Assembly (NCBI GenBank): GCA_020184695.1
Contig: JAANOX010000248.1
Coordinates: 195,452 to 259,451, forward strand
DNA from: Histomonas meleagridis 2922-C6/04-290x
Taxonomy: Eukaryota; Protista; Parabasalia
Length of the DNA stretch: 64,000 nucleotides
Direction: 5' to 3'
The stretch's first letter is position 1. Each line of letters starts with the position of its first letter. The position numbers and the translations under genes are program-made. Below, one piece after another: positions 34,836 to 46,868 of the stretch. A model generated the notes under the pieces. That model was not told where the DNA came from, did not search any database, and was given only the letters and a program-made list of their open reading frames with translations.

Positions 34836-34907
34836 GTCTCCGTAGTCTAATGGTTAGAATAGGAGTTTAACACGCTCTTGACGGCAGTTCGATCCTGCCC
34901 GGAGACA
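34836..34907 (+). tRNA. tRNA-Val (anticodon AAC)
   Basis: Acceptor GTCTCCG/CGGAGAC + A; D loop AATGGTTA; anticodon arm GGAGT-TTAACAC-GCTCT; T arm GGCAG-TTCGATC-CTGCC; one C-A mismatch in the D stem. Confidence 0.9.
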
Positions 34908-34915
34908 TTTTTTTT
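34908..34915 (+). terminator. Pol III oligo-T terminator
   Basis: T8 immediately after the tRNA discriminator base. Confidence 0.8.
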
Positions 34916-35466
34916 GATTTATCTAGTGTATGAATATATATCTTTTCATTAAAAAAAAAAATTAATTAGGAAAAAAAAATAAATTAGTATACTGAATTTT
35001 TAAATTTATATCAAAATATGAAATAATTTTTGTGGTGTCAGTTTTCCTTTTAAATTAATGAACAGATCTGTTGATTATCAATAAAATTTATAAATTTAAT
35101 TTAATAATATTTTAATCAACAAATCAATTCCTTTAATACTTTTAGGATTTTTTTTTGTCTGTGTTGCATGTTTTATATATATTTATTTTTTAATAATTTT
35201 GTTCATAAAAATTCGCACTATTTATTACCAATTTCTCTTAAATTGGATGCTAAAGCATCCTATATTTTTTTTAGCTATTGGCTTTTATTGATAAATAATT
35301 TTTTTAATGATTCTTTCCTAAATTTAACAAGGTGAAGTGATGAGTGTAAGGCCTTACAACAAACGCGCTTGCATTGAATTTTTTAATAGTTTACTATAAA
35401 TTGAATTGAAAGTGTCACAAAGATTTTGGTTCTGAGTGCTGAACACTCCATCACTTCATTTTCGTA

Positions 35467-35862
35467 ATGAGACAAAAGAGTTCGGGCTCGAGAAAAATTA
35501 AATCAATAACAGTTACGGCGCCGAATGGGATGGTTGTAACGATTCCTCTAGTGAATCAAAAGATCAACGCCAATTCTAATGACTTACAGAGACTTGAACA
35601 AATAGGCAACAATATTCGAAGTAATTTTCTGCAGCAAGTACACAATGTTGCAGAGGAAGAAATTGTACAGCAAACAGACATCAGAAATAATTCTGAATTT
35701 ATACAACAACAAGATAACGTTACCAAAGAAAAAATGATGCAACAAGTAAGCAAAGAAACAGATCTGTTCCCATTTTCATACTTTGGGTCAGATGAATTTG
35801 ATTGGGATCAGCTTGAATTTGATTGGGATCAGCTTGAATTTGATTTTACCAATCAAAGTTAG
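35467..35862 (+). CDS. Hypothetical protein with acidic/aromatic C-terminus
   Basis: 131-aa ATG ORF preceded by Inr-like TCACTTCATTT; tail EFDWDQLEFDWDQLEFDF. Confidence 0.6.
   Translation: MRQKSSGSRKIKSITVTAPNGMVVTIPLVNQKINANSNDLQRLEQIGNNIRSNFLQQVHNVAEEEIVQQTDIRNNSEFIQQQDNVTKEKMMQQVSKETDLFPFSYFGSDEFDWDQLEFDWDQLEFDFTNQS
35794..35845 (+). repeat. 21-bp in-frame tandem duplication (2.5 copies)
   Basis: GAATTTGATTGGGATCAGCTT x2 followed by GAATTTGATT. Confidence 0.9.
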
Positions 35863-36460
35863 AAGAAACATCAGTAGCCAGTGATTACAAGTGGTTGTAC
35901 TACTTTAAAAATCACTTTAAAAAATAATTTGTTGAAAATATCTTTTTGTGATCATCTTTGTAAATTCTTAGTATGTTTTGATAAGTTACAATCTTGTTTC
36001 TAAGAATGTAAAAACTTATAGCCTTGTTATGAATTTTGGGCTTTTTGTAATAACATATGTTAGATTTATCACTTTTTCTTTCTACTTCTCCTGCTATTTA
36101 TCGCAAGTTTTTGTAAGATATTTTTTAATGTGATATCATGAAAATTATTCATCTAGTTTTAATATGAAATTTTTAATGCATTATTTTGGAATAAATAATC
36201 TTATGTAATAAATAACAAGTTCAATTGCTTTAATTTGAAGTAATGTCTTCAATCAAAAGTTTGAATCTTTTTAAACATTTTAAAAAAACATCTATTAATA
36301 ATTTTCAAAAAAATACTTGTATGAATTTCAACATCACTAAACAGCGATTCATTAATGAACTCTCAGCTGATGAGAGTGGTGATAAGTAAATATTTTTCCT
36401 TTTAGGATTGGTGTATTTGATAAAAGTGCCAGTAAAAGGTCATAATTTTCCAAACCAGAA

Positions 36461-39013
36461 ATGGAGGAGTATATTCCTTCATTTGAAGATTTCTTAGTGT
36501 TTTTGATGCAAATAAATAGTGAAAATGAAGAAGAAAGGAAAAATTCATTTGAAGTTCTTCATAAATTGTTCACTACCAAAATAATAGTTTTAATGGATCT
36601 ATGTGCAAGTGCTCTAGAATTTCCACAAGGAAACGAAAGAATTTACATGCAAGCACTCATTTTGATTCGTCGTGCAATTTCAGAACAACCAAATTTACCA
36701 TTTAAAGTCATTCAACAAAATTGGAATTCAAGTGATATGGAATCAATTAGATGCAGAATCGAGAATTCGACTATCCTTCATCTTTCTGCTCCATGGCCTG
36801 CAGTCAAAAATATGTCTGCCTTTGTTATTGCTTTAGTATTTAAATTAGAGGAGAATTTTAATTTATTTCCAATTTTACTCAGATGCTTAAGCACGAATGC
36901 TTACATAAAGTCATGGACCGGTGTAATTAAGGTTTTTACCGAAATTTTTGACATGAAGCTAAAATTTGTTGTTGATAGATGGGATCCAAAAATCACCCAA
37001 GTCCTTATGCCTTTTTTACTAAGAAATCTTGAAGCTCCAGATCTTCATATAGAAAATTATGTTGTTTGTGGTCAATGTCTTCTTTCATTCATTAAATGTA
37101 TGCCAAAAGTTTTTGATTCCAATGACAGGGTAATGCAAGTTCTTCATTCCCTTAACATTTGTTTTCCCAGGGCAAATCTTGAATTATATCGAATCTTTCA
37201 TTTTATAATGTATCAATTTCTTTGTGAATTTTATAGCCATGCCAGTATGTTCATGCAGTACGTATTTGAAACTGTAATGAAAGGCTTTAGCAGTATCTAT
37301 AAATATGTTTCCATCAACTTTTGGCATCGCTTTGCACTTTTTGAGTTTGACTTAAAAAAAAAGTGCAACAATGTTAACGGTCAATCCGACAATGAACAAC
37401 AAGTTTATCCTAATAACTTTATGTTTGAAGCAACCAAAGGTCTTATCAATCCATTGTTGGATACTCTTGTTGCTAATAGTGAAAGTGTTATCGACGATAA
37501 AGATTTTGAAAATTCCGTCTATTATTATGCTTATGAAGTAATATGTGATCTATTTCGTGCCAATCCAGAACTTACTTTCCGATGCGTTGTTAATTTTGTA
37601 ATGAATCAAAAGGATATACCAATTTCTGGCGAAATCTCTGCACTTTATGGGATATCAGCTTTATGTTATCCAATTTCTAATAACGAATTAAATGATTTCA
37701 TTACGCAATCTATTTCTTCATACATATTAATAAAATGTTCAAATGCTAATCCACGCATTAGTCAAATAGCATTTTATACATTAAAACGAATCTCATCATC
37801 ACATCCAATCATTATTTCTAATCCGAATATTTTACCGCAAATATTTGCGACCATTGCTGAAAACATGTCACGAAACATTATCGTTACGATCGAAATCATT
37901 GATTTATTAATTACAATTATCGAAAGTTTTACTAATGAAATTAACGAAGGCAATTATGATAACTATATAAAACTATTTGAAATGATGAACAATAGTGAAC
38001 TAATTCAACAAAGTGAAATAGTTGATAAACCATATGATATTTTAACACATTTAATCAATAAAAATGGAATACATATCACAGAAGTAAAACTTAAGCAATT
38101 ACTTGAACTTAATTTACAACAATTATATGAAATATTACAAAATCCTTTTACTATATCATATGTGACATTAAAAGAAATAGGAATAATGAAATTACTTGGA
38201 GACATAATATTAAAATTAAAAAAAGGAATACATTATATATTACCAAGGTTATATGAGTTATTTGTTAATATAATACGTAACCAAAAATTCGAATTAATCG
38301 AAAACGCACTTCAAAATCTTTCACGTATGTTCTATTCTGATCAAGATTTTTTTGACTTTCGAGAAGAAATATTCGACGCATTTAAAATGACAATTCATTG
38401 TGGTAACCCATTAATTATGGGATTATCAGCTATAGCTATTGGTGACTTTTTCTTTCAAATTAATGCGCCAATTAATTTTGATATTCTTAATCAACCACTT
38501 GAACAACTGTATAACTTATTGGAAGATCCAAACGTCGACAACAAAAGAGATTATTATGCAAATGTTGTACGATCGATTGGGTTAATATTACGAAAACATT
38601 ATAATGTTATCCCTGAAGAATTAAAAATTCGTTACTTGAATAAGTTAATGGAATTAACTAAAATATATACTATGGATAATAGAACTGATGAGGTAAAGAA
38701 TTTGTTCAGCGCAATTGCTGTTGGATTTACTTCATTGTTCATGGCAAATGATATAATAAAAAGAGATGATAATGAGTTCATAAGATGCTTCATCGTGTTC
38801 ATTAAAAAAATTTGGTATTCGGAGGCGTACGATGAAGAAAATATATCCGAAATATATAAAATGGTTGACGCGCTAATAGATGCAACTAACAGTAAATATA
38901 ATATCCAGTTGCAATCTAAGGAATTGAGATATTTAATGAGTCATGGATTGACACTTAGCGACCCGATAGTGGAACAAAGCGAAAAATTACTGAAAAAAAT
39001 TCAAAGGTTGTGA
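36461..39013 (+). CDS. Importin-beta/HEAT-repeat family protein (divergent)
   Basis: 850 aa; N-terminal A...L......QAL..I+..I...W.......R..I, INFW..FA.FE and alternating HEAT helices. Confidence 0.65.
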   Translation: MEEYIPSFEDFLVFLMQINSENEEERKNSFEVLHKLFTTKIIVLMDLCASALEFPQGNERIYMQALILIRRAISEQPNLPFKVIQQNWNSSDMESIRCRIENSTILHLSAPWPAVKNMSAFVIALVFKLEENFNLFPILLRCLSTNAYIKSWTGVIKVFTEIFDMKLKFVVDRWDPKITQVLMPFLLRNLEAPDLHIENYVVCGQCLLSFIKCMPKVFDSNDRVMQVLHSLNICFPRANLELYRIFHFIMYQFLCEFYSHASMFMQYVFETVMKGFSSIYKYVSINFWHRFALFEFDLKKKCNNVNGQSDNEQQVYPNNFMFEATKGLINPLLDTLVANSESVIDDKDFENSVYYYAYEVICDLFRANPELTFRCVVNFVMNQKDIPISGEISALYGISALCYPISNNELNDFITQSISSYILIKCSNANPRISQIAFYTLKRISSSHPIIISNPNILPQIFATIAENMSRNIIVTIEIIDLLITIIESFTNEINEGNYDNYIKLFEMMNNSELIQQSEIVDKPYDILTHLINKNGIHITEVKLKQLLELNLQQLYEILQNPFTISYVTLKEIGIMKLLGDIILKLKKGIHYILPRLYELFVNIIRNQKFELIENALQNLSRMFYSDQDFFDFREEIFDAFKMTIHCGNPLIMGLSAIAIGDFFFQINAPINFDILNQPLEQLYNLLEDPNVDNKRDYYANVVRSIGLILRKHYNVIPEELKIRYLNKLMELTKIYTMDNRTDEVKNLFSAIAVGFTSLFMANDIIKRDDNEFIRCFIVFIKKIWYSEAYDEENISEIYKMVDALIDATNSKYNIQLQSKELRYLMSHGLTLSDPIVEQSEKLLKKIQRL

Positions 39014-39065
39014 TATAAATAAAATATACTGAAAGATGTTGTTTTAATTATTTGCTTTTCACTTT

Positions 39066-39138
39066 AAGTTGATATTATGATTGCAGATATTTTAAATGGG
39101 CAAAACATTGTTAATATATACAGAAATTTTAGTTATAT
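39066..39138 (+). repeat. ~73-bp direct repeat, copy 1 (copy 2 at 40528-40601), flanking the mariner
   Basis: AAGTTGAYATTAT..TTGYAGATATTTTAAA(A)TGGGCAAAAC.TTGTTAATATATACAG.AATTTTAGTTATAT in both copies. Confidence 0.85.
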
Positions 39139-39194
39139 CTGTGTATAGAAAAAAAAATATCAAAAAAATTTACAATGATGTCGTTTTAATTATA

Positions 39195-40509
39195 TAGGGT
39201 GTTCAAAAAGTCCTGACCCCCCCTCCTATTATGGGCTGTGATTAGTTTATAAATAAAATATTCATATAATATTAAAATATAGTTAATGAAGATCTTATAT
39301 ATGTGAAATATGTGATTTTTGATTAATTGCATATCGAGAAAAATTTAATTTAAATTTTGGTGACGCAAAAAATTTGAGAAGAACCGTCACTTTTTTTCAT
39401 GGATGCCGTCGAACAAAGATTCATTATTAAATTTCTCTTCCTCTCAGGAAAAAAAATACAAAGCCATATACAGAGAAATGTACACTGTCTTGGAAAATAA
39501 TACAGTTCATATAAGTACAGTCAAAAGGTGGTGTAGAAAATTCAAAAAAATGGTGACTTTTCATGCCTTGATGAGGAACGTACAGGGGAGACCCCCATCT
39601 GATCTTGTTCATCCAATTTCAAAAATTCTTCAAAAAGCAACCATTTATTTCAGCCCGCTTAATTGCAAAGCAATTATCAGTGACTCCAAATACTGTATTA
39701 AAAGTTCTTTTATGAGGACATGGGGTTGAGGCGCTTCACTAGGAAATGGGTCCCCCATGATTTGACGGAAGAACAAAAAAATTGGAAAGAGTCGATATGT
39801 CAAAATCAATTTTAAAAAAATATTAGAAAAAAAGCGAAAAAGAAAAATTTCATTAATATAATGACTGGGGATGAGTCATGGTTTTATTTTAATTATCAAA
39901 GTTCTTATATGTATGCAGCATCACGAGATGAAGTGCCAACCCGTACCCAAAAGAAAATTGACAGTGAAAAAATCATGCTGACAATGTTCTTCAATGGAAA
40001 TTCCCTATTATGCATTGATTTTTCTACCAAAAAGGCAAAAATATAATCAACGCTATTTCATCGATAATATTATTGAAGAAATAATTAAAAATACAAATGA
40101 GGATGAGGATCAATTGGACTTAGATCAAATGATGATTCATATGGACAATTGTAAAGTTCACAAAGGAAATTTAGTTCAACAAAAATTAAATCAAATAAAG
40201 CTTAAATCCATTCCGCACCCACCTTATTCTCCTGACATCAGCCCATGCGACTTTTGGTTATTTGGTTATTTAAAAATATTTGGAAGATAAAGAGATAAAA
40301 TCGAAACATCAATTAAAAACTCAAATTTTAACGGCATGGGAACACGTCAATTTTGAATAGCTTCAAAGCGTGTTCTTGGAATGGATCAAAAGATTGAAGT
40401 GGATAATAGAAAACAATGGAGAATACTATATCACATAAATAAACAAGAATATCTAAAATTGTTTATTCATTGAGATAGGAGGGGGGGTCATGACTTTTTG
40501 AACACCCTA
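39195..40509 (+). mobile_element. Mariner (IS630-Tc1-mariner, DD34D) DNA transposon, 1315 bp, frameshifted transposase
   Basis: 35-bp TIRs at 39195-39229 and 40475-40509 (TAGGGTGTTCAAAAAGTC[C/A]TGACCCCCCCTCCTAT, one mismatch) with TA on both sides. HTH TVKRWCRKFK, KWVPHDL, TGDESW, HMDN-x34-D with HPPYSPDISPCDFWLF. Confidence 0.95.
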
Positions 40510-40527
40510 TATGATATTTTTTGCAAT

Positions 40528-40601
40528 AAGTTGACATTATAGTTGTAGATATTTTAAAATGGGCAAAACTTTGTTAATATATACAGCAATTTTAGTTATA
40601 T
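40528..40601 (+). repeat. ~74-bp direct repeat, copy 2
   Basis: Matches 39066-39138 with a few substitutions and one indel. Confidence 0.85.
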
Positions 40602-40848
40602 GTGATATTGAGTTAGCATTGCAATTTAACGAGAAATCAAAGGAATAATTTTATTGAACATAATTTAATCTTGTTTGTATATGGTAAAATAATTTTATAT
40701 ATTTTCTATTTAATATATGTAATATAACATTTGTTTAATCAATTATTTAGAAATGATTTGCTTAAAACAATTTTTTATCTAAAGTAAAAAGTTTATTTCA
40801 ATCATAATAAGGTTAAATTTTATGGAAAAATGTCCAACATAAAACAAA

Positions 40849-41477
40849 ATGATGAATGACTTTGATATTTTATATAGTTTCCTTATATAATAACTCCAGA
40901 AATTCTTATTATAGGTGATTCATCAGTTGGTAAGAGTTGTCTTCTTATGCAATTTTCAGATGGCACGTTTTCTGAAAGTTATATTTCGACCATTGGCGTT
41001 GACTTTAAAATTAGATCGGCAACAGTAAATGGAAAACAAGTGAAACTTCAAATATGGGACACTGCTGGACAAGAAAGGTTTCATTCGATTACTTCTAATT
41101 ATTATCATGGTGCACATGGAGTTGCAGTCGTATACGATATTACTAATCGTGAAAGTTTCGAACACACAAAAAAATGGGTTGATGAAGTTGAAAAAATAGG
41201 AAGCTTAAAAATATGCAAAGTAATCGTTGGGAATAAAGTAGATATCGGTGATAAAAGAGAGGTGTCTGAACAAGAAGGAAAAGATTTCGCAGAAACACTT
41301 GGCGTGCCATTTATTGAAACATCGGCAAAAACTTCATTTAATGTAAGAGAAATGTTTAATAATTTATGCATTGCAATTGATGATAGAAATGACTTGTTTA
41401 GGGAAATTAACCCTGATAAAAAGAAAGAACTTGGTGAAGGTAAGTCAATATGCAGATATCGCTTCTGTGGTTGCTAA
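40849..41477 (+). CDS. RAB1: Rab1-family GTPase, join(40849..40876,40900..41477)
   Basis: Removing a 23-nt GT-AG intron gives MMNDFDILYKILIIGDSSVGKSCLL; then TIGVDFK, WDTAGQERF, GNKVD, ETSAK and C-terminal CGC. Confidence 0.85.
40877..40899 (+). other. 23-nt spliceosomal intron
   Basis: GTTTCCTTATATAATAACTCCAG: GT donor, TAAC branch motif next to the CAG acceptor; removal restores the YKIL frame. Confidence 0.8.
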
Positions 41478-42309
41478 ATTTGATGCAAATAAGGACAAAA
41501 AATCAAATTTTATTTAATTGTATATGTGAAGACGACATTTTTGAGTTAAATATTTTTAGAATAAAACTGGTTGTGTAAAAAAAAAAATTATTGTATTATG
41601 ATTCAATTTGTTGAAAAATTTACGAACACATCAGAAGAATATGACTACAGATTCACTGAAACTATCTTGCATGCTTGCAATTCATAATTTTAACATTCTT
41701 TGGTTCGATCCATTGACTTTTGTGAAAACATTATTTATAAAAAAGTAAAATCCATTTAAGACCAAAAATAATGGCCATGCATAAGTTTCAATTTGTATAG
41801 CATGAAAAAGATTTATTGAGCAATTTATTTCATTCTTTAACGTTTTGAAAACATTTTTTTAGGAATATTTAAGTGTAATACCTGACATAAATAAGTTTAC
41901 TTAGTTTAATTAATTTACAATTTTTTCTATATTGTCGAAAAATGATAAAAATTAAATTCAATGCTTACTGTAAAAATAGAATTTTTTGCATCAAAACTGC
42001 AGCTGCTTGCTTACATTATTCTTAAATTTATTATTTGTTATGATTGTCATGAAATGATGAAAATTAATATTTGAAGTCAACAACATTACGCTGAAAATTA
42101 CAACTATATTCATGTCTAAGGGTATAAATTTTCCTACATAATGAATTATTATATTATGACAAAATTTAAAAAAAACGAAAGACTTCACAAGGTCACATCA
42201 AATTGTCCAAAATTTCAATTCAATTTCTGAAGAATTCGGTTTAGACACAATATAATTACCATCACGTGATAATGTCCTTTAATTCAAAGGAATTCATATC
42301 ATCTAATTT

Positions 42310-42320
42310 TCACTTCATTT
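42310..42320 (+). promoter_or_regulatory. Inr element of actin
   Basis: TCACTTCATTT ending 10 nt before the ATG. Confidence 0.7.
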
Positions 42321-42330
42321 TTTATTTATC

Positions 42331-43461
42331 ATGGCTGAAGACGAAGTTCAAACATTAGTTATTGATAATGGTTCTGGTATGTGCAAGGCTGGTTTCGCTG
42401 GTGATGAAGCACCACGCTCAGTTTTCCCATCCATAGTTGGTCGTCCAAAGTATGTCCAAACAATCGCAGGAGGACAAAACAAGGATACATATGTTGGTGA
42501 TGAAGCATGCGCTAAGGCAGGTATCCTTATCCTCAAGTACCCAATTGAACACGGTATCGTTACCAACTGGGACGATATGGAAAAGATCTGGCACCACACA
42601 TTCTACAACGAATTACGTGTTGATCCAGCTGAACATCCAGTTCTTCTTACAGAAGCCCCAATGAACCCAAAGGCCAACCGTGAAAAGATGATCCAACTCC
42701 AATTCGAAACATTCAACGTTCCAGCATTCTATGTTGGTATCCAAGCCGTTCTTTCCCTTTACTCATCTGGTCGTACAACCGGTATCGTTTTCGATGCAGG
42801 TGATGGTGTTTCCCACACAGTTCCAATCTACGAAGGCTACTCCCTTCCACACGCCATCATGCGTATCAACCTCGCCGGTCGTGATCTCACAACTTATCTT
42901 CAAAAGATCCTTAACGAACGTGGCTACACCTTCACAACATCCGCCGAAAAGGAAATTGTTCGTGATATCAAGGAGAAGCATGCATATGTTGCTCTTGATT
43001 TCGACGAAGAAATGAACAAGGCCGCCACAACATCCGAATGCGACATCTCATACACACTTCCAGATGGCAACGTCATCACCATCGCCAACGAGCGCTTCAG
43101 GTGCCCAGAACTTCTTTTCAAGCCACACTTCAATGGCTTCGAATTCGAAGGTATTGACCAAACCCTCTTCAACTCCATCATGGCATGCGATATCGATGTC
43201 CGTAAGGATCTCTACGCTAACATTGTTCTTTCCGGTGGTACCACAATGTTCGAAGGTCTCCCAGAACGTATGGAGAAGGAAATGGTCCGCCTCGCACCAC
43301 CAACAATGAAGATCAAAGTCGTCGCCCCACCAGAACGTAAGTACGCAGTTTGGATCGGTGGCTCCATCCTCGCATCACTCGCTACATTCCCACAAATGGT
43401 TATCACACGTGACGAATACAACGAAGCTGGTCCAGGAATTGTCCACCGCAAGTGCTTCTAA
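42331..43461 (+). CDS. ACT: Actin
   Basis: Full-length 376 aa; [29 protein letters not shown]; trichomonad-type N-terminus and strong codon bias. Confidence 0.99.
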   Translation: MAEDEVQTLVIDNGSGMCKAGFAGDEAPRSVFPSIVGRPKYVQTIAGGQNKDTYVGDEACAKAGILILKYPIEHGIVTNWDDMEKIWHHTFYNELRVDPAEHPVLLTEAPMNPKANREKMIQLQFETFNVPAFYVGIQAVLSLYSSGRTTGIVFDAGDGVSHTVPIYEGYSLPHAIMRINLAGRDLTTYLQKILNERGYTFTTSAEKEIVRDIKEKHAYVALDFDEEMNKAATTSECDISYTLPDGNVITIANERFRCPELLFKPHFNGFEFEGIDQTLFNSIMACDIDVRKDLYANIVLSGGTTMFEGLPERMEKEMVRLAPPTMKIKVVAPPERKYAVWIGGSILASLATFPQMVITRDEYNEAGPGIVHRKCF

Positions 43462-43582
43462 ACAATCGCACCTTATTTTTTGTTTGAATACTCGATACCG
43501 TGTGATTTAATGAAACAGAATCTCAATTTTTTTTAATTATTTTATCAAACAAAATCATGAAAACTTAATATTATGCAAAATA

Positions 43583-46369
43583 ATGCACTATATATTCAAA
43601 TATTTAAAAAATCTTCTTTATACTAAATTTATCATATCGTTTGGCCACCCCGAATTTAACGTTTTCTTGACGAATTCAAAAAATAAAAGTATGCAGAAAA
43701 AATCAAATAGGGAATGCTATAAAAAAACATCATATCAATTCATGGAGCAACTTGAAAATATTATATTTTCTTTAAGTGATGAAAATATCGGAGCAGCAAT
43801 TCAATCAACATTAAATTTATATGATGTCCGTTTTTCATTTTCATATAATCTTATTGTATCCCAATTAGTTTATTCTTCCTTTGTTTCTTTTGTAAATAAT
43901 GAAAGTAGATGTTTTTTATATTTAATAGGAATTAATGAAAAAGAAAAAGAAAAGAAAAAAATTATAAATATATTTTATTGGTATCTTCTCCGATTGCAAT
44001 CACAAGAATCAAAGTTTCTGCTTGAAAAAATGCTAGAACAGAATATGATAGATGAAATCGAAAAGAAAAATGATAATTCTTTTTCTCATCAAAATTTATC
44101 TGATCAAACCAATAAAAGTAAAAACACTCAAAAATCTTCAAAAGATGAATCAGAACTAAATAAAAAACAAACGCATGAAGGAGTTAATCAGTCTATTGTC
44201 GCTAAAGCAATTCGAAATGATGAAATAGAAAAACTTCAAGAAATTTCAACAGAAACAAATTTCAATTTTAACCAAATAATTGAGCCATCACATTACGAAA
44301 AATGCACATATGTAAATAAAGAAAATGTTTCATTAATTGATTATGCAGCATTTTTTGGGTCAATCAAATGTTTTAAATATTTATTATTAAATAATTCCAA
44401 TATAGCAAATGCAGGTAAATATGCAATTGCAGGTGGAAATTCTGAAATTATTCATTTATGCGAACAAAATCATTCATCATTTGAAGATGCTTATGAGATA
44501 GCAATTGAATTTCATCGGAATGATATCTTTCATTATTTGTATGAAAATAACATTATCGAAATCAAAGATAAGATAAAACTTGGGAAAAAATGTATTAAAT
44601 ATAATAACTATGAACTTTTTTCATTTCTGGAAAAAGAAGGAATGAAAATCAATGATTCCTTAATTAATGAAGCAGCAAGAAATGGTAATATATTCCTTAC
44701 ATTATGTTTTCTTGAGGAAAATAAATTACCTGATAATATTCTCGTTTCTTCTGCTGAATCAGGAAACATTGAACTTTTTAAATATATTCTTGAACAAGAA
44801 GGAATTGATATAAATGTTAAAAATGTTTTTTTAATGAATATAAATTTTATTTCTTTAATTTCATGTTAATTAATCATATATGGATTTTATATTGTTTTTT
44901 TAGAACTGCACTTATGATGGCATCTGAAAAAAATGATACTGAAATTGTGAAATTATTGCTAGAATTAAAAGGAATAGATGTCAATGCTAAAGATGTTTTC
45001 TGGTTTGATTAAATTTTTGTTTTATATATTTGAAATTTCAATACAATATTTGGAATTTAAATATATCTGATGAAACAGCACTTATTATTGCTTCTTCAAA
45101 AGGGAATATTGAGACAATCAAATTACTTCTTCAACATAAGAAAACTGATATTAATTTGAAGAATATTTTTTTGTTAATTATAAAGTTTATCATTAAAATA
45201 AGAAATTTCAAATGTATAAATGGTGTTTTACTAATTAATTCACAACACCGCTTATGTTGTCATGCATCTCAGGAGCAAATGATATTGTTCGATTACTTCT
45301 TGATCAAAAAGGAATTGATGTTAACTTAAAAAACATTTTTTTATTTCAATTAAAGTTTATTTTACTGAAATAATGTTAAATATTAATTTTCGGTGTTTAT
45401 TTTTACTATTTTGGACAAGTATAATGCTTGCATGTCGATATAACCATATTGAAATTGTAAAAATGTTAGTTCTTAAAAAAGGTATAGATGTTAATTTGAA
45501 AAACATTTTTTAATATAATTTTTTGTTTATTCAAAATATTTAATGTTAACAAAATACATTTAATATTTATTTCATTTTCTTTGGACAGCATTAATGTATG
45601 CATGTAATAACTCAAATCCTGATATGATAAAATTACTACTCGAAAAGAAAGGAATAGACCTCAGTACAAAAAATATTTATTTAATTAAATTAATATTTAC
45701 AAATGATTTTTGGTGTATATAACCAAAATTTGGAATTTTTTCAACAAATTTTCAATGGCACTAATGTGGGCATGTTCAAATGATCAACTTGAAATTGTTC
45801 AACTTTTAATTGAACGAAAAGTTAGTGTTAATGTTAAAGATATTTATTTATATTTATTTAATGTTTCATTATATTTTTTTATGTTTCAAAATTATATTTG
45901 GTGTATTTTTATATTATTTAAAACAGCTTTAATGTATGCATGTACAAAAGAAAATATTCCAATTATAAAATTACTTTTAAGTCAAAAAGGTATTGATATT
46001 AATGCAACTGATGTTTTTTAATGAGATTTAATGTTTTAAAATGATTCTTAATGTTCTTTTCGTTGATTAACTGCTTAAATTTAATTTTTGGTATTTGTTG
46101 AATTGTTTTTGGACAGCTTTAATATATGCTTGTTCAATAGGTAACACTCAAGTGGTAGAATTACTTCTTGAACAAAAAGGAATTGATACAAATATAAGAG
46201 GAATATATTTAAATTATTTAATGTTATTTTTATGTTTCTGATGTTTGAAAATATAATTTGGAATATTATAAAAGTTATTCGTACAGCTTTAATGTGGGCA
46301 AGCAAATTTGGTTACGAAGATATTGTTAATTTAATACTAGAAAAAGAAAAAATTGTAAATCAGACATAA
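43583..46369 (+). CDS. Interrupted ankyrin-repeat gene C: DUF3447-type domain + 9 spacer-separated repeats
   Basis: ORF runs to 44869 (true start possibly 43691). Units at 44902, 45072, 45242, 45412, 45582, 45752, 45920, 46110 and 46280; spacers 77,77,77,77,77,77,78,97,77 nt; final stop at 46367-69. Confidence 0.85.
44825..46279 (+). repeat. Ankyrin unit + spacer tandem array C (170-bp period)
   Basis: Unit starts are 170 bp apart from 44902 to 45752. Confidence 0.92.
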
Positions 46370-46498
46370 ATTATATAAAAATTTGTATTATATAAATATT
46401 ATGTATTTAAAAAATTAAATTTTGTATATTTTATCTAATGTGCGCGATTAATAAATTTCATCATATATTTTTTGTGATGATGTCTTTAACCTTAAATA

Positions 46499-46771
46499 TT
46501 AAATGGAGATTTGGCATTTTACTAAAAGTAAAAATAATTTTGATTCATTTGTAATCAAACAATGAATATATATGAATAAAAAATTAACATTGTTACGAAA
46601 ACGAACAATAAAAATTATAAGAATTATTATAAATACAATCGCAACAATTATAACACAAACAATAATGATAACCATATTTGTTTGATTTTCATTATTATCA
46701 TAAAAAATGTGAAATAATCCGAATAAAACAAAAAATATGTTGAATACTGAATAACTGTATAATGATAACAT
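46499..46771 (-). CDS. Probable TM/cytoplasmic tail segment of the adjacent BspA gene (frameshifted)
   Basis: MVIIIVCVIIVAIVFIIILIIFIVRFR TM helix with basic stop-transfer residues, same layout as the BspA at 25461. Confidence 0.45.
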   Translation of the reverse strand: MLSLYSYSVFNIFFVLFGLFHIFYDNNENQTNMVIIIVCVIIVAIVFIIILIIFIVRFRNNVNFLFIYIHCLITNESKLFLLLVKCQISI

Positions 46772-46868
46772 AAAAATCCAGTAAATAAATAAGTAAAAGA
46801 AGAAGATAACACCTTATTGAAACTATATATGTATTGGAAATAAATGAAAAGTAAATGATACAGAAAAG

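Noticed and set aside
42348-43451. Overlapping and antisense ORFs in actin, kinase, alpha-actinin and BspA repeats
   Set aside because: By-products of codon bias and repeat periodicity.
44825-45241. Simple -1/+2 frameshift with translation through the spacer
   Set aside because: It works for some spacers, but others have stops in the downstream frame just before the next unit (45236, 56344, 56854), so most of the spacer must be skipped.
46499-46600. Spacer-like text (AAT GTT AAT TTT...AAA TTA TTT) after the BspA TM helix
   Set aside because: It lacks the TTTGG hairpin and a downstream conserved unit; the similarity is explainable by AT-richness.
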